A stretch of 64,000 nucleotides of DNA from a virus. Lineage: Duplodnaviria; Heunggongvirae; Uroviricota; Caudoviricetes. Below, piece after piece: positions 1-10,403 of the stretch. The notes below the pieces were generated by a model. It had not been told where the DNA came from. It saw only the letters and a program-made list of their open reading frames with translations, and searched no databases. A program made the position numbers and the translations under genes. Positions within the stretch are counted from its first letter, which is position 1. The number at the start of each line of letters is the position of its first letter. Location: IMG/VR virus record IMGVR_UViG_3300044295_000306; one strand, written 5' to 3'.

Positions 1-1445
1 TCACCCTCAGAAAATGATTCATAACTGAATTCATCCCTATGTCTCGACTTAATAGATTCTTTAAACGATTCATCAAGATTAAAATTAACAAAAAAGTCCA
101 TCGCAACCAGATGTTTATTTACCAGCTTGTTTATAATTGGTAAATATTGTTTAATTATCTTTGTCTTAATACCCGAATCTTTCAGTAACAATGCTGCAAC
201 ATCCTGATATACTTTTTTATCTATATAATCTTTCAACAAATCCTCAAGTTTCTTCAATTCTGTTTTCAAGACAATTAAATCTTCTTCTTCTTTGGAAGTA
301 GATTTCTTTGTTGTTAATATGACAGAAATCTTATCATTCAATTTCTTATTGAATTTGTTTATCTCTGCTATAGAGGTGTTATATCCAGTAACTTGTGTCT
401 GAAGAACACTTATACTATTAGCAATGTCGTTTATTTCTTTAACTCGAATATTCAATCCAGTTATTCTAGATTCTATTTCCGTTAAAGCTGTTTCACACTC
501 TTTTATTTTATCGCTATTGGAATCTATTTGTTCTTGTTTAAAATGTGATGCAATACTTTGTTTGCAAGTCGGACAAGTATCATTGGATTTAAAGAAAGAC
601 AAAGTTTTCTTGTGCTTTGAGAGATTATTCTCAATATTATTTTCCAATTGAGTAAATTTATTGACTCTTTCTCCGACTTTGTCCTTATCGGATATTTCTT
701 CAAGTAATTTCTCAATATTTTGTGTTGTCTGCTTGATAGAGGCATTTAACTTTTCTATCTCAATAGAATTATTTGATATCTCTTTTTCATACGATTGAAT
801 AAGATCATTATCATTCTTATTAATAGACTCAATAAATTTTTCCTGCATATTTATCTTCTCTTTAGAAGAATCTATCAATAACTTAGTTTGATCGATAGCT
901 TCCTTACTTTCAACAATCTTGTTTTTTAATATACTATTCATTGTTGAAAATATCTGAATATCCAATAAATCTTCAATTATTGATCTTCTATCAGCAGCCG
1001 TAAGTTGCATGAAAGGAGTAAATGATGCAGATCCTAATATAACTATTTGCGTAAAAGATTTGAAGTTTAGCTTGAGAATAACCTTCTCTAAAAACTCTTG
1101 ATAATCTCTCGCGGCAGCATTCTGATTCAACAACACATCATCTTGATATATCTCAAAAACATTGGGCTTTATACCACGAATTATCTTATAATGTTTGTTA
1201 TTTGTTTTAAACTCGACTTCAACTAAACAATCTCTTTGATTAATACTATTCAATAACTGTGGCTTGTTTATCTTTCTGAATGGTTTACCAAATAGACCAA
1301 AACACAATGCATCTAACATTGTGCTTTTACCAGCACCATTAGTACCAACAACAAGGGTATTATAATTCTTGTTTAATTCTATTTCTATGAAATAATTACC
1401 GGTACTCAAAAAATTACGCCATCTAAGCTTTTCAAAGTCTATCAT
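1..1445 (-). CDS. gp46: Recombination endonuclease subunit gp46 (Rad50/SbcC-like ATPase), partial, runs off the left edge
   Basis: Manual translation from ATG at 1445: MIDFEKLRWRNFLSTGNYFIEI..., Walker A GTNGAGKST, then coiled coil and CPTC zinc hook; ATGA overlap with gp47 stop. Not in ORF track because truncated. Confidence 0.95.
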   Translation of the reverse strand, partial: MIDFEKLRWRNFLSTGNYFIEIELNKNYNTLVVGTNGAGKSTMLDALCFGLFGKPFRKINKPQLLNSINQRDCLVEVEFKTNNKHYKIIRGIKPNVFEIYQDDVLLNQNAAARDYQEFLEKVILKLNFKSFTQIVILGSASFTPFMQLTAADRRSIIEDLLDIQIFSTMNSILKNKIVESKEAIDQTKLLIDSSKEKINMQEKFIESINKNDNDLIQSYEKEISNNSIEIEKLNASIKQTTQNIEKLLEEISDKDKVGERVNKFTQLENNIENNLSKHKKTLSFFKSNDTCPTCKQSIASHFKQEQIDSNSDKIKECETALTEIESRITGLNIRVKEINDIANSISVLQTQVTGYNTSIAEINKFNKKLNDKISVILTTKKSTSKEEEDLIVLKTELKKLEDLLKDYIDKKVYQDVAALLLKDSGIKTKIIKQYLPIINKLVNKHLVAMDFFVNFNLDESFKESIKSRHRDEFSYESFSEG

Positions 1446-2512
1446 GCATTATTTTCCGTATTCAATGCTTCAACATATAACTCTTTCATCAATGCCTTAA
1501 GCTTAACATTATTTACATTCAATGATAATGAATCTATATGATTAGATAATATTGTTATAGTATCTTCTGTCTTACCTATTTCCTCTTCTTCCTCTTCACC
1601 AACAACATCAACTAAATCCTCAACAATATTAATATTTGATGTGCCAGCTTTGTAAAAGGAATCAATAACAGTATCAAATAAAAATGGATTCTGTTTATTA
1701 ACTACTATAATCTTTACCATACTATCTTTAAATGCTTCGATATTCTGATTTTGCCAATACTCATGGTTCTGGACAGTATCATCATAAGTTACCTTATGAA
1801 ACATTTTATATGGATTTGGAATGAATTCAAGTTGTCTCGTTTCAGTGTCAAAAACATGAAACCCTCTTTGATCATTATAATCATTCCATGTCATTTCATA
1901 TTGATTACCCAAATAAAAGATGGTACCATCAGTCGATCTATGATGAAAATGACCTGATAATACCATATCATATCGTTCAAATAGATTTCTTGATAAACCT
2001 TCATGGGAAACATTACCACGATCCATTTCAAATCCAGTTATATCAAAATGACCAAATACTATCTCAACAGGAGCATTATGCAACAAATCCATACTCTTGT
2101 CAAGATTATCTTCACATATCCATGGCATTAAAAGAATAGGCAATTCATCAAACTCAACCACAATAGGATCTTCATAGATATGAAGTTCATTATACATACC
2201 ACACAAATTCTTTATAGCATTAACTTTATTAGTATTCTTGAAATAGGTATCATGATTTCCAATTAGAATGTGAGTGTCAATATTATTCGATATTAGTCTT
2301 TTGATAAATCGATTCTGGAAATCATTAGCTATATTATGATTAATGAATTTTCGACGGTCAACAACATCGCCTAGATGAATTACCGTTTTAATATCATGTT
2401 TTTCAAGATATGGAAAGAATATGTTTTCCCAAAACTTGAAAAAGAATTCATTAAAGTTAAGATTATCTCCACGCGCACCAAAATGGGTGTCGTTTATGAT
2501 TGCAAGCTTCAT
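1442..2512 (-). CDS. gp47: Recombination endonuclease subunit gp47 (Mre11/SbcD-like metallophosphoesterase)
   Basis: DTHFG, GDVVDRR, GNHD, SGHFH motifs; adjacent to gp46. Confidence 0.95.
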   Translation of the reverse strand: MKLAIINDTHFGARGDNLNFNEFFFKFWENIFFPYLEKHDIKTVIHLGDVVDRRKFINHNIANDFQNRFIKRLISNNIDTHILIGNHDTYFKNTNKVNAIKNLCGMYNELHIYEDPIVVEFDELPILLMPWICEDNLDKSMDLLHNAPVEIVFGHFDITGFEMDRGNVSHEGLSRNLFERYDMVLSGHFHHRSTDGTIFYLGNQYEMTWNDYNDQRGFHVFDTETRQLEFIPNPYKMFHKVTYDDTVQNHEYWQNQNIEAFKDSMVKIIVVNKQNPFLFDTVIDSFYKAGTSNINIVEDLVDVVGEEEEEEIGKTEDTITILSNHIDSLSLNVNNVKLKALMKELYVEALNTENNA

Positions 2513-2514
2513 AA

Positions 2515-3045
2515 TTACTCCACTAAAAACTTATCAATACCTTTTGCTTTTTGTTTCTTTTTCTTTTTGCTATCTTCAAAGGATTGAATAAACTTTAGTA
2601 TATTATCATGAAGCTCGAATTGATTCAAGAGCTTTCCATCTTCAAGTTCCATCATTTCAGCTTCATCGAGAATACCGAATTGTTCAGTAGCTTTATATTT
2701 TACATATAATTGTTTTTTTTCTTTAGTGATTCTCCTCACAAATGCAAAATAAATTATCTGTGTAAAATATGCAAATGGATTTTTAGATTTCTTTGGATCA
2801 AAATTATCAATATACTGAATACAATTCTCTACACCATCAGAAATCATTTCATCCCTGAAACTATATGATATAAAGTTGGGCTTTCGTGACAAATGTTCCG
2901 CTATTTTAAGAAAACATTCACCAATATAATTAGATATAATTGGCTTTGGCTGTTTCTCACGTTTAGCTTTATTCACAGCTTTCCTATATTCCACTAAAGC
3001 TTTTAAAAATTCTTCATTTGATACATAATGTTTTGTGTTATTCAT
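2515..3045 (-). CDS. gp55: Late-transcription sigma factor gp55
   Basis: HYVSNEEF, YIGECFLKIA, NPFAYFTQIIYFAFVRRI motifs typical of T4-like gp55. Confidence 0.95.
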   Translation of the reverse strand: MNNTKHYVSNEEFLKALVEYRKAVNKAKREKQPKPIISNYIGECFLKIAEHLSRKPNFISYSFRDEMISDGVENCIQYIDNFDPKKSKNPFAYFTQIIYFAFVRRITKEKKQLYVKYKATEQFGILDEAEMMELEDGKLLNQFELHDNILKFIQSFEDSKKKKKQKAKGIDKFLVE

Positions 3046-3061
3046 ATTTTCTCTTTCTCAC

Positions 3062-3090
3062 TTGACAACATCAACTACCTACGGTAAAAT
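3062..3090 (+). promoter_or_regulatory. sigma70-type promoter, antisense to the surrounding minus-strand genes
   Basis: TTGACA(3062-3067)-17 nt-TAAAAT(3085-3090) in the gp55 intergenic region. Confidence 0.55.
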
Positions 3091-3103
3091 GCTTGTGTAG
3101 CAG

Positions 3104-3508
3104 TTAATGTAATAATTTCTTATCTACTTCAGGCATAACAAACTCATCTTCTGAATCTTCTTGAAGAGATTCTGATAGTTTAGTAAGTTCATCACGAAAC
3201 ATTTCATCTTTTAATAGGAAAGCATTCTGCTCTTCCAACAAAAGATTTTCATAATACTCAATAAACTCTGCCTTAGGAGTCATGATAGTTAATATATCAT
3301 TTGAGTATATTTCCGTTTCATTGTTTTCTAATAATTCAATAGGCAACCAAGGCGCTAACATTAAAATCGATTTGCCATTTGGCAATCTACGAAAAACGAT
3401 TCTCATAGGATCACGAACAATAGCTGAATCGTTGTTCTTTGTGCCTTCCATAGATGCTACAATATCTTCGCCAGTAATCATTCTTATTATTCTTATCTCT
3501 TTATCCAT
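3104..3508 (-). CDS. Conserved hypothetical protein downstream of uvsW (Sm-like beta fold likely)
   Basis: ORF track; IRIIRMITGEDIV N-terminus and WLP motif like T4-like phage proteins at this position. Confidence 0.7.
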   Translation of the reverse strand: MDKEIRIIRMITGEDIVASMEGTKNNDSAIVRDPMRIVFRRLPNGKSILMLAPWLPIELLENNETEIYSNDILTIMTPKAEFIEYYENLLLEEQNAFLLKDEMFRDELTKLSESLQEDSEDEFVMPEVDKKLLH

Positions 3509-4967
3509 TTTTCAACTCTATATTGTAAATTTTGTATTTGAATTTCTCTTCTTCATATATCTTTACGCGCTCAATAAAGTGATTTAATGTAAAATTGGTA
3601 AACTTACCAACCCTAAAATCATCAACAATATCAAACAATACAGCACTTTCTTTCTCATTACCTTTTCTCAATCCTCTACCAATCGATTGAAGATTTCTTA
3701 TCCGAGACTTTGAAGGCGATGAAAATATAATATTATGAAGATTTACTATATTAATTCCTGTAGAAAAAGTTCCATATGATGCTATAATTATAGCGTTATT
3801 CTCTTTCTCAGTTATTGCACGAACTTGTTCTCTTTCATCAGTTTCAACAGATCCATGAATAAAGAATACTTTCCTTTCTTTACTCACCTCACTAATCATA
3901 TTATACAATATTTGTCCATGCTTTTCAACAAATTGATACAATATCAAAGAGTTACCATTCAAGGAAACAGCCAGATTCTTAATGAATTCATTTCTAGCTG
4001 TATTACTAACTATATAGTCTAATTCTGATTGATAATCCATCTGTCTAACTAACTTACAACTAACTTCAGGATATTTCAATACCAAACATTTTATCATTAA
4101 CTCAGCAAGAATCTTCTGTTCCATCAATTGTTTTGTGTCAACAGTTTTCTTTGACATACCAAACAAACCTTCTAATACAAGCTTATGTGTCTTAGTACCA
4201 TCCAATGTACCTGTACATCCTATCCTATAATCGGCATGAATAAGACTAGACATTATAGTAGTCAATGATTTAGCTTTAAATAAATGCGCCTCATCTCCTA
4301 GCACAAAATCAAATTGCTCAAAATATTCTTGTGGTAATGTATAAATCGATTGCCATGTAGTAATAGTCAAAAACTTATCTGTTACTTTGTCTTTACCTTG
4401 ATATTGTTTGTGACAGTATTTTTCTACATCCCAACCATATGATTTGAAATCTGAATACATCTGTTCAACAAGTGATGTAGTTGGTACAATCAAAATACCC
4501 TTCTTATGATTTAATTTGATAAATCTGGTAATCATATAAAGTAAAAGAGATTTGCCTGATGCTGTCGGAGAAACGATTAATATACGTTTCATTCTTATAG
4601 CATCTACAAATCCCTTGATTTGATAATCTCTAGGTTCAACAGGTAGATTTAATAATTTAACAAACTCATTGGCTTCATTAACAGAAAAGTTTTTGGTTAT
4701 TGTTATTTCTGGATCAATATTGATCGAATAATTTCTTTCAGTCGCAAAGATTTTTATATAATCTATTAATCCATGATATATGTTATTTGTCTGTAAATTA
4801 AATAATCTTATGTAACCATCCCACAATTTATTCTTAAAAGCTGGCACAAATTGATAACCTGGTACTCTGAAAGAAAAATACTCAGATAATTCTTTTGCAA
4901 CACTTCTATCACAAGTTACATGAACAAATACTTCATTTATTTTTGATATTGTTAAATCATATTCCAT
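3501..4967 (-). CDS. uvsW: SF2 DNA/RNA helicase UvsW
   Basis: PRDYQ, SPTASGKS, DEAH, QSIGRGLR motifs. Confidence 0.95.
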   Translation of the reverse strand: MEYDLTISKINEVFVHVTCDRSVAKELSEYFSFRVPGYQFVPAFKNKLWDGYIRLFNLQTNNIYHGLIDYIKIFATERNYSINIDPEITITKNFSVNEANEFVKLLNLPVEPRDYQIKGFVDAIRMKRILIVSPTASGKSLLLYMITRFIKLNHKKGILIVPTTSLVEQMYSDFKSYGWDVEKYCHKQYQGKDKVTDKFLTITTWQSIYTLPQEYFEQFDFVLGDEAHLFKAKSLTTIMSSLIHADYRIGCTGTLDGTKTHKLVLEGLFGMSKKTVDTKQLMEQKILAELMIKCLVLKYPEVSCKLVRQMDYQSELDYIVSNTARNEFIKNLAVSLNGNSLILYQFVEKHGQILYNMISEVSKERKVFFIHGSVETDEREQVRAITEKENNAIIIASYGTFSTGINIVNLHNIIFSSPSKSRIRNLQSIGRGLRKGNEKESAVLFDIVDDFRVGKFTNFTLNHFIERVKIYEEEKFKYKIYNIELKNG

Positions 4968-5391
4968 TTATAAATTTTTCATAATCAATGAAGGAACGTA
5001 ATTGATATGTTCGTGAATTCAACTCTTTAATAATACTAGAACATAATTCAACCGCTTCTTCGTGTAGTTGTTTCTTTGCATACAGTTTAATCAATTCATC
5101 ATCACTTTCGAGATATGTCGTTATTTCAGACTTTAAAGTATATGGAAATGGTTGCCATCCATAAGTATTTAAAGTATCTTTGTCCATTTTACCCGTATAA
5201 TATTCCCACTTAAGTTTCTTGAGTTTATTCAAATTAAACTCACAATTCTTCATAGCTAATCTATGATTAGATAATATCTTTAAATACTTCGCATGAAGAA
5301 TAGGAATATTGATTAATTCTCTTCCGGGTTCTGTTCTGTCTATGACAGAATCTTTTTGCCAAAGTTCGATAATCTCATCAACACTATACAT
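4957..5391 (-). CDS. uvsY: Recombination mediator UvsY
   Basis: IPILHAKYL, WEYYTGK, YLESD motifs; position between gp3 and uvsW. Confidence 0.9.
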   Translation of the reverse strand: MYSVDEIIELWQKDSVIDRTEPGRELINIPILHAKYLKILSNHRLAMKNCEFNLNKLKKLKWEYYTGKMDKDTLNTYGWQPFPYTLKSEITTYLESDDELIKLYAKKQLHEEAVELCSSIIKELNSRTYQLRSFIDYEKFINGI

Positions 5392-5426
5392 AATAAAACT
5401 CCAATAATTACCTAATTATAGCATAC

Positions 5427-5957
5427 TCAAAACAACTTTTCAATCTGGTAATAAGAAAATCTGAAGGTAGCATCTGCTGTTATTATTGTTGTTGGATCTT
5501 CTGTTGTATTCAATACAATTGAAGAGAGAGATGTTGGAAAACAGTCAACAAACTTGATTCTGTAAGTTGGTTGTTGCGAAGAATCTAATACCGTTAAAGA
5601 AGCATCAGAATATTGAGGAAAATCTTGATTAGTTACTGGAGATAATTGTTTTAATTGCTGATATTGTTCAAACTTCTCGGGGAATGTTAATGCTCTGATC
5701 CAATCATGAATCTCAAACCAACCCATTAATACTTCGTCAACAATAAAAGTAATACTTAAAAGATCATATATTACCTTTTCGCCAGGCACATAAAGATCAA
5801 CAAATGGTGTATTTCTTGGTATTTCTGATAAAGAAACGCCTGGTATGTTGACTGATTGACAAAAGAATTGAATTGATGGAGAACGAGCAAATCCTAGTTT
5901 AAACTTATTTGGTTGTAATGGATTAGGATTTCTTGGATTTCTATCTAATGCACTCAT
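5427..5957 (-). CDS. gp3: Tail tube terminator/completion protein gp3
   Basis: NPLQPNKF, FFCQSVNIPG, FIVDE, FPTSLS, DATFRF; tube-like fold; follows gp23. Confidence 0.85.
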   Translation of the reverse strand: MSALDRNPRNPNPLQPNKFKLGFARSPSIQFFCQSVNIPGVSLSEIPRNTPFVDLYVPGEKVIYDLLSITFIVDEVLMGWFEIHDWIRALTFPEKFEQYQQLKQLSPVTNQDFPQYSDASLTVLDSSQQPTYRIKFVDCFPTSLSSIVLNTTEDPTTIITADATFRFSYYQIEKLF

Positions 5958-5975
5958 AGTAATTCCTCTTTCTAC

Positions 5976-5983
5976 TATTTATG
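5976..5983 (-). promoter_or_regulatory. T4-type late promoter variant CATAAATA upstream of gp3
   Basis: One mismatch to TATAAATA, ~19 nt upstream of the start. Confidence 0.6.
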
Positions 5984-5992
5984 TAGATAAAA

Positions 5993-6016
5993 AAAGGGGA
6001 CTTTTCAGTCCCCTTT
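5993..6016 (-). terminator. Rho-independent terminator after gp23
   Basis: AAGGGGAC-TGAAAA-GTCCCCTT hairpin followed by a T-tract on the minus strand. Confidence 0.9.
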
Positions 6017-6052
6017 TGAATATAATATTATTGTTATTATATTTTTTACAAC

Positions 6053-7408
6053 TTACATTATGTTTGCAACTTTCATTGCGCGGTAGTACACATTGCTCAT
6101 TGCTGTTAGGGCACCAACACCTTGTGTTAGACCTTGAGCAAATGGGTTTGCGACTAGACCGTAACGAGTCTTGAAACCAATCTTAGGTTGGAATGATCCG
6201 GTATCAACTGCACGAACCATTTGGAGAGGAACGTATGGGCAGTAGAAAATACCTGCGTCATATGCGTTGCTTCCCTTATAACCAACAACGGCAAACTCTG
6301 AGGTTGTGCCTTGTGGGAAATATGGATCGATATAAACTTTGATACGACCGAACATTGTACCTGCAAAGGTATTACCAGTATCGTCAACTGTTAGGTTAAC
6401 TTGACCTTGTAGGGCTGAATTGTAGTCAAGAATTCCAGCCATTGCGAAAGCTGATGCAACGTCTGAAGAACAGATTACAATATTACCCTTACCACGACGG
6501 GTATCTTTTGCAATGTAGTTAGCTTCACGTTCGATTTGGAATGCAAGACCTTTGATCTTTTCAACCATCCAACGACCGTTTGAGTCTGTATCTAGGTCAA
6601 AAGTACCTTGTGTTGTAGTACCAACTTGAGCACCAACCTTAGAAACTGCGTAGATTGTACGAACAACTTCACGGTTAATTTCAGCAAGAATTTCAGCGGA
6701 AAGAATATTGCTTAGTTCTGTTTCTGCGTCAAGACCATGAACTGCTTTAAGGTCTTGTGCAAGTTCCATTGTGTATTCTGCTTTTAGAGCGCGTGTCTTA
6801 GCAGTAACGGTAACTTTTTCAATGCTGAATGCCATTTCATTGAATGTACCACCAGCAGGTGATGAAGTTGTACCAAGAGCTTCACCAGCGGCGGTTGTTA
6901 GACCTAGACCAGTTGTAACTGTTGATGCAAATACGTTTTGTGATCCAAGTGCTGTATTAGCAGCAAGTGAAAGGGCAGTTTGAGCACCTGTACCAGAGAA
7001 TGCGCTATTAACTTCATTGTAGAAGGTTTCTGCTGCACCTGCTGTTACGTTTGCTGTTGAGTATGTGCTACGCATTGCAAAGATAAGACCTGTAGGTCCA
7101 GTCATAGGCTGAACACCGCAGATATCATAAGCAATAAGGTTAGGCAATGAACGACGAACAAGGCTGATAAGAATTGGATCGAAACCAGCCATAGGACCTG
7201 CTGCTGCTGCGCCACCAGTTAGACCACCACCAGTTGCGTTAGCAGGTGAAGCTTCCATAAGAATCTTGTTTTCTTCTTGGAATGCTCTTTGTTGGTTTTC
7301 AAGAACCATAGCTGTAACTGCTTTACGGTATGGATCTTTAATTGGAGCTAGATCTGGATGATCAAGAACTGGACTCCATTTCTTTTGTAGTTCTTCTGTT
7401 AAGTACAT
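6053..7408 (-). CDS. gp23: Major capsid protein gp23
   Basis: LQKKWSPVLDH, FDPILISLVRRSLPNLIAYDICGVQPMTGPTGLIFAMR, YCPYVPLQM. Confidence 0.99.
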   Translation of the reverse strand: MYLTEELQKKWSPVLDHPDLAPIKDPYRKAVTAMVLENQQRAFQEENKILMEASPANATGGGLTGGAAAAGPMAGFDPILISLVRRSLPNLIAYDICGVQPMTGPTGLIFAMRSTYSTANVTAGAAETFYNEVNSAFSGTGAQTALSLAANTALGSQNVFASTVTTGLGLTTAAGEALGTTSSPAGGTFNEMAFSIEKVTVTAKTRALKAEYTMELAQDLKAVHGLDAETELSNILSAEILAEINREVVRTIYAVSKVGAQVGTTTQGTFDLDTDSNGRWMVEKIKGLAFQIEREANYIAKDTRRGKGNIVICSSDVASAFAMAGILDYNSALQGQVNLTVDDTGNTFAGTMFGRIKVYIDPYFPQGTTSEFAVVGYKGSNAYDAGIFYCPYVPLQMVRAVDTGSFQPKIGFKTRYGLVANPFAQGLTQGVGALTAMSNVYYRAMKVANIM

Positions 7409-7425
7409 TTTTAAGTTCTCCTAAA

Positions 7426-8442
7426 TTAACGAGGTATTGTTTTTCTGATTGTGTCGGCATAAGCTTTCATTACTGGATCAGCAATTACTTGTTTGCCTTC
7501 ATCTTCGACTTGTTCATTCAATGAAGCTTCTGTTGCTTTCTTGATACCGGATGGGAAATAATTCTCACGAATTGTTTCAAGATTTTCCTTATATTCTTCC
7601 TCTGTGGAGAACTCAACACTTTCTGCAAGTGATCTGATTTTTTCTGCTTGAACATCGGTAAGTCCATCACATACAGTATAAAGCACTTCTGCTTTCTTTG
7701 ATTCAACAAGTTGTTTCTTGTATTCCATTCCACGTTGAATTTCTTCGTCCAACTTGGCTTCTAGAGATTCAACTTGTGTTGCTAGTTCATCAACTAGATC
7801 AACTTTTTCTTCTGGAACATCAATATAATGTTCAGCAAATAGATTGCGTAGTCCACCAATGAAATCTTCTACTAATTCAGAACGAAGTCCTGATTCGATA
7901 GCTACCTGGTTTTCTTCCATCCATTGCTCAACAACATAGTCTAGATAATCATTAACTTTATCGGTTAAATCATTATTGATAGATTCGATTGCTTCTTGAA
8001 GTTGAGTTGCATATGAATTTTCCAATTCTTCTTTAAGTGAATTAAATTTATCTGCTACTCTTGCTTCGAAAATAACTGAAACTTTTTGTTTAAATTCTTC
8101 GGAAAGATTCTCTTCACTATTGAAAATATCATTGATATCTTCAGAAATAGTTTCTTCCTCATTTGTTTCTTCTTCTTCTCTTACAGGCTTATTAGCTGTA
8201 TTCATCTTCAACTGTGTATCAGATGATGCACCAGATGGTTTTGTTTCTGGAGCTTGTGCTTGTTTCTTGATGCCTTTTGATGCATCAATTTTAGATGAGT
8301 CATCGGTTGGTTTCCAATTTTGTGGTGTTGGTCCGCCGAGATCATCAACTTCTGCCTTAACTTTCTCTAAAGGCATCGCAGGCGCATTACGCTTGCTTTG
8401 TGCAAGCATGTCTGCTGCTGCTTCTAAGAGTGTTTTTGCCAT
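7426..8442 (-). CDS. gp22: Prohead core scaffold gp22
   Basis: Acidic helical protein with IFEARV and YLDYVVEQWMEEN; between gp21 and gp23. Confidence 0.95.
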   Translation of the reverse strand: MAKTLLEAAADMLAQSKRNAPAMPLEKVKAEVDDLGGPTPQNWKPTDDSSKIDASKGIKKQAQAPETKPSGASSDTQLKMNTANKPVREEEETNEEETISEDINDIFNSEENLSEEFKQKVSVIFEARVADKFNSLKEELENSYATQLQEAIESINNDLTDKVNDYLDYVVEQWMEENQVAIESGLRSELVEDFIGGLRNLFAEHYIDVPEEKVDLVDELATQVESLEAKLDEEIQRGMEYKKQLVESKKAEVLYTVCDGLTDVQAEKIRSLAESVEFSTEEEYKENLETIRENYFPSGIKKATEASLNEQVEDEGKQVIADPVMKAYADTIRKTIPR

Positions 8443-8464
8443 TGAAAATCTCCTTATGATTTCT

Positions 8465-8472
8465 TATTTATA
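8465..8472 (-). promoter_or_regulatory. T4 late promoter TATAAATA upstream of gp22
   Basis: Exact consensus. Confidence 0.85.
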
Positions 8473-8475
8473 AAA

Positions 8476-9129
8476 TTAAAGTTTTCGCAAGAAATTTTCA
8501 AAAAGTTCTACCGCTACTTTCTCAATTTCTTTACGACTTGTTTTCATTAATGTGTTTTTAGCATTATCAATGTCGACCTCTACGAACCGACCTTCTACAA
8601 AAATCCATTCCTTACCTTCCCTAATACCTTGTACAAAAGCATCAGGAGCAGATGGATCCGCTACAATGTCTGCCGCTGTCGCTAAACGATAATCGTTTTG
8701 AACAACATTGCATCCATCTCTGCCAGGCAACAAACTGCCCATCCCTCTTGATGAAACACCCAATTGTGCACCTTCATCAATAAGATTCTTTACAATATTA
8801 CCATATGGCGTATCCATAATCTTAGCTTTACCATAAAAATCATGTCCATCACATGATAATTCCTTAATAAGATGTGATACCCTCTCCAAATTAATAGTAG
8901 GAGTATCTGGATGTCCTAACTCACCATACGCTCTGTTCTTTGATACATATTCATCATTATATCTCTGTACCTCACGATTCAATGTCTCAAATAAATACTT
9001 TCTGTTGTTCTTATTTGGTCTCTCAGACTGCATAAAAACACCCTCAATAAAGTATCCCTTCTTACCAGTCTTTTCATCAGCCTCTGTAAGATACTTTACT
9101 TGTTCAACATATTCTTTTATAAGTTTCAT
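8476..9129 (-). CDS. gp21: Prohead protease gp21
   Basis: GELGHPD, LGVSSRGMGSL, ADIVADPSAPDAFV. Confidence 0.97.
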   Translation of the reverse strand: MKLIKEYVEQVKYLTEADEKTGKKGYFIEGVFMQSERPNKNNRKYLFETLNREVQRYNDEYVSKNRAYGELGHPDTPTINLERVSHLIKELSCDGHDFYGKAKIMDTPYGNIVKNLIDEGAQLGVSSRGMGSLLPGRDGCNVVQNDYRLATAADIVADPSAPDAFVQGIREGKEWIFVEGRFVEVDIDNAKNTLMKTSRKEIEKVAVELFENFLRKL

Positions 9130-9140
9130 GTTTTTTCCTA

Positions 9141-9485
9141 TTATAATACTGGTGAATAACTTGCTACCTTAGAAGCTTGAATAATACATGATCCACCAGA
9201 AGCAATAGTAACAACAATATTACCTGTTGAATTATTTGCCATACTATAATTAATTTCAGAAAGTCTCATCTCACCACTGTTATAGAGAGTAACAAGATTT
9301 ACCGAATCTCTAGCAATAGTAATAGAACCATTTGTTGACCAGATAATTCTCTTTACAGACGCATTGGTTACAGTTTCTTGTGATGAATTGGCAGATAAAT
9401 TTGCCAATGAAATAGTATAAGATCCAACACCATCTGTTCTAATGACAGATGGACCTTTTAATGTGTTTATTACTTCATATGACAT
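9141..9485 (-). CDS. Hypothetical beta-rich protein in the head-core cluster
   Basis: ORF track, tightly packed between gp68-like gene and gp21. Confidence 0.7.
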   Translation of the reverse strand: MSYEVINTLKGPSVIRTDGVGSYTISLANLSANSSQETVTNASVKRIIWSTNGSITIARDSVNLVTLYNSGEMRLSEINYSMANNSTGNIVVTIASGGSCIIQASKVASYSPVL

Positions 9486-9486
9486 T

Positions 9487-9888
9487 TTATTTTATCCCCA
9501 TCGTTTTTCTGCGTAATATACTTCTTGCTCTCTTCCTTACAGTTGTTGCCATATGCGAACGACGCTTTCTTGCAGCAAGTTTCTGTTTCCTACTCATATG
9601 AATTCTCTGTATAGCAGTTATCCTCTTTAATTTACCACCCTTTAAAGTGAATCCTCTAACAGAAGATTTTCTTATATTTCTTTGTACCTTACCTTTTCTT
9701 ATTCTTCTTCTAATTAACTTAGTTCTTCCAAACTGCACCACATTAGATTCTTTAAAAAATTGTTTTCCAATTATTCTTCTCCTGAAAGACAATTTTTTCG
9801 CTAACAAAGAATCTAATTGTTCATATATAAGCTTCTTTGCCTTATCTAAATCTCCACTAAAAATACTCTCGATAATCTCATTTGTCAT
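9487..9888 (-). CDS. Basic prohead core protein (gp68-like)
   Basis: Highly Arg/Lys-rich C-terminus; position between gp20 and gp21. Confidence 0.65.
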   Translation of the reverse strand: MTNEIIESIFSGDLDKAKKLIYEQLDSLLAKKLSFRRRIIGKQFFKESNVVQFGRTKLIRRRIRKGKVQRNIRKSSVRGFTLKGGKLKRITAIQRIHMSRKQKLAARKRRSHMATTVRKRARSILRRKTMGIK

Positions 9889-10403
9889 TTTACATGCTTG
9901 AATGCAAAGCTTCTAGCCATCTCAAAATGTGCCGGACTCTTATGTACCATATCACTATACTTTTTCTTATTCTCATCATTAAGAGCATTATGAACTTGAA
10001 CCATAGCCGATGCTGTAAATCCATCAACTTTTTGAGACTTTCCATTTGCAAACTTAACAGTCTGTGCTTGTCTATCTTTTACAATCTTATGTAAAGTATC
10101 CATTACCGCCTCATTAACACTCTCATGAGCCTCTACGGGGGCATCTGCCACTGGCATTACACCTGAATGTGCTGTAAAAGGCACTGAAAAATATCTTTGA
10201 AGCTTGTCATTGTAATATAATGCAACTCTGGTATTATCCGGATATACACGAACAGCTTTTCTTCTTAAAATTAATACTGTAGGTGGATTAAACTCCGCAC
10301 CATGATGATCTTCCTCAAGATTGATTTCAATTACATCTTCAGGAATTTCTTCTTGAATTTCTTCAGTAATTAAATTTTGTTTAATTGAAGATAAAGATTT
10401 CAT
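9885..10403 (-). CDS. Hypothetical head-core region protein
   Basis: ORF track; coupled stop/start overlaps with neighbours. Confidence 0.7.
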   Translation of the reverse strand: MKSLSSIKQNLITEEIQEEIPEDVIEINLEEDHHGAEFNPPTVLILRRKAVRVYPDNTRVALYYNDKLQRYFSVPFTAHSGVMPVADAPVEAHESVNEAVMDTLHKIVKDRQAQTVKFANGKSQKVDGFTASAMVQVHNALNDENKKKYSDMVHKSPAHFEMARSFAFKHVK

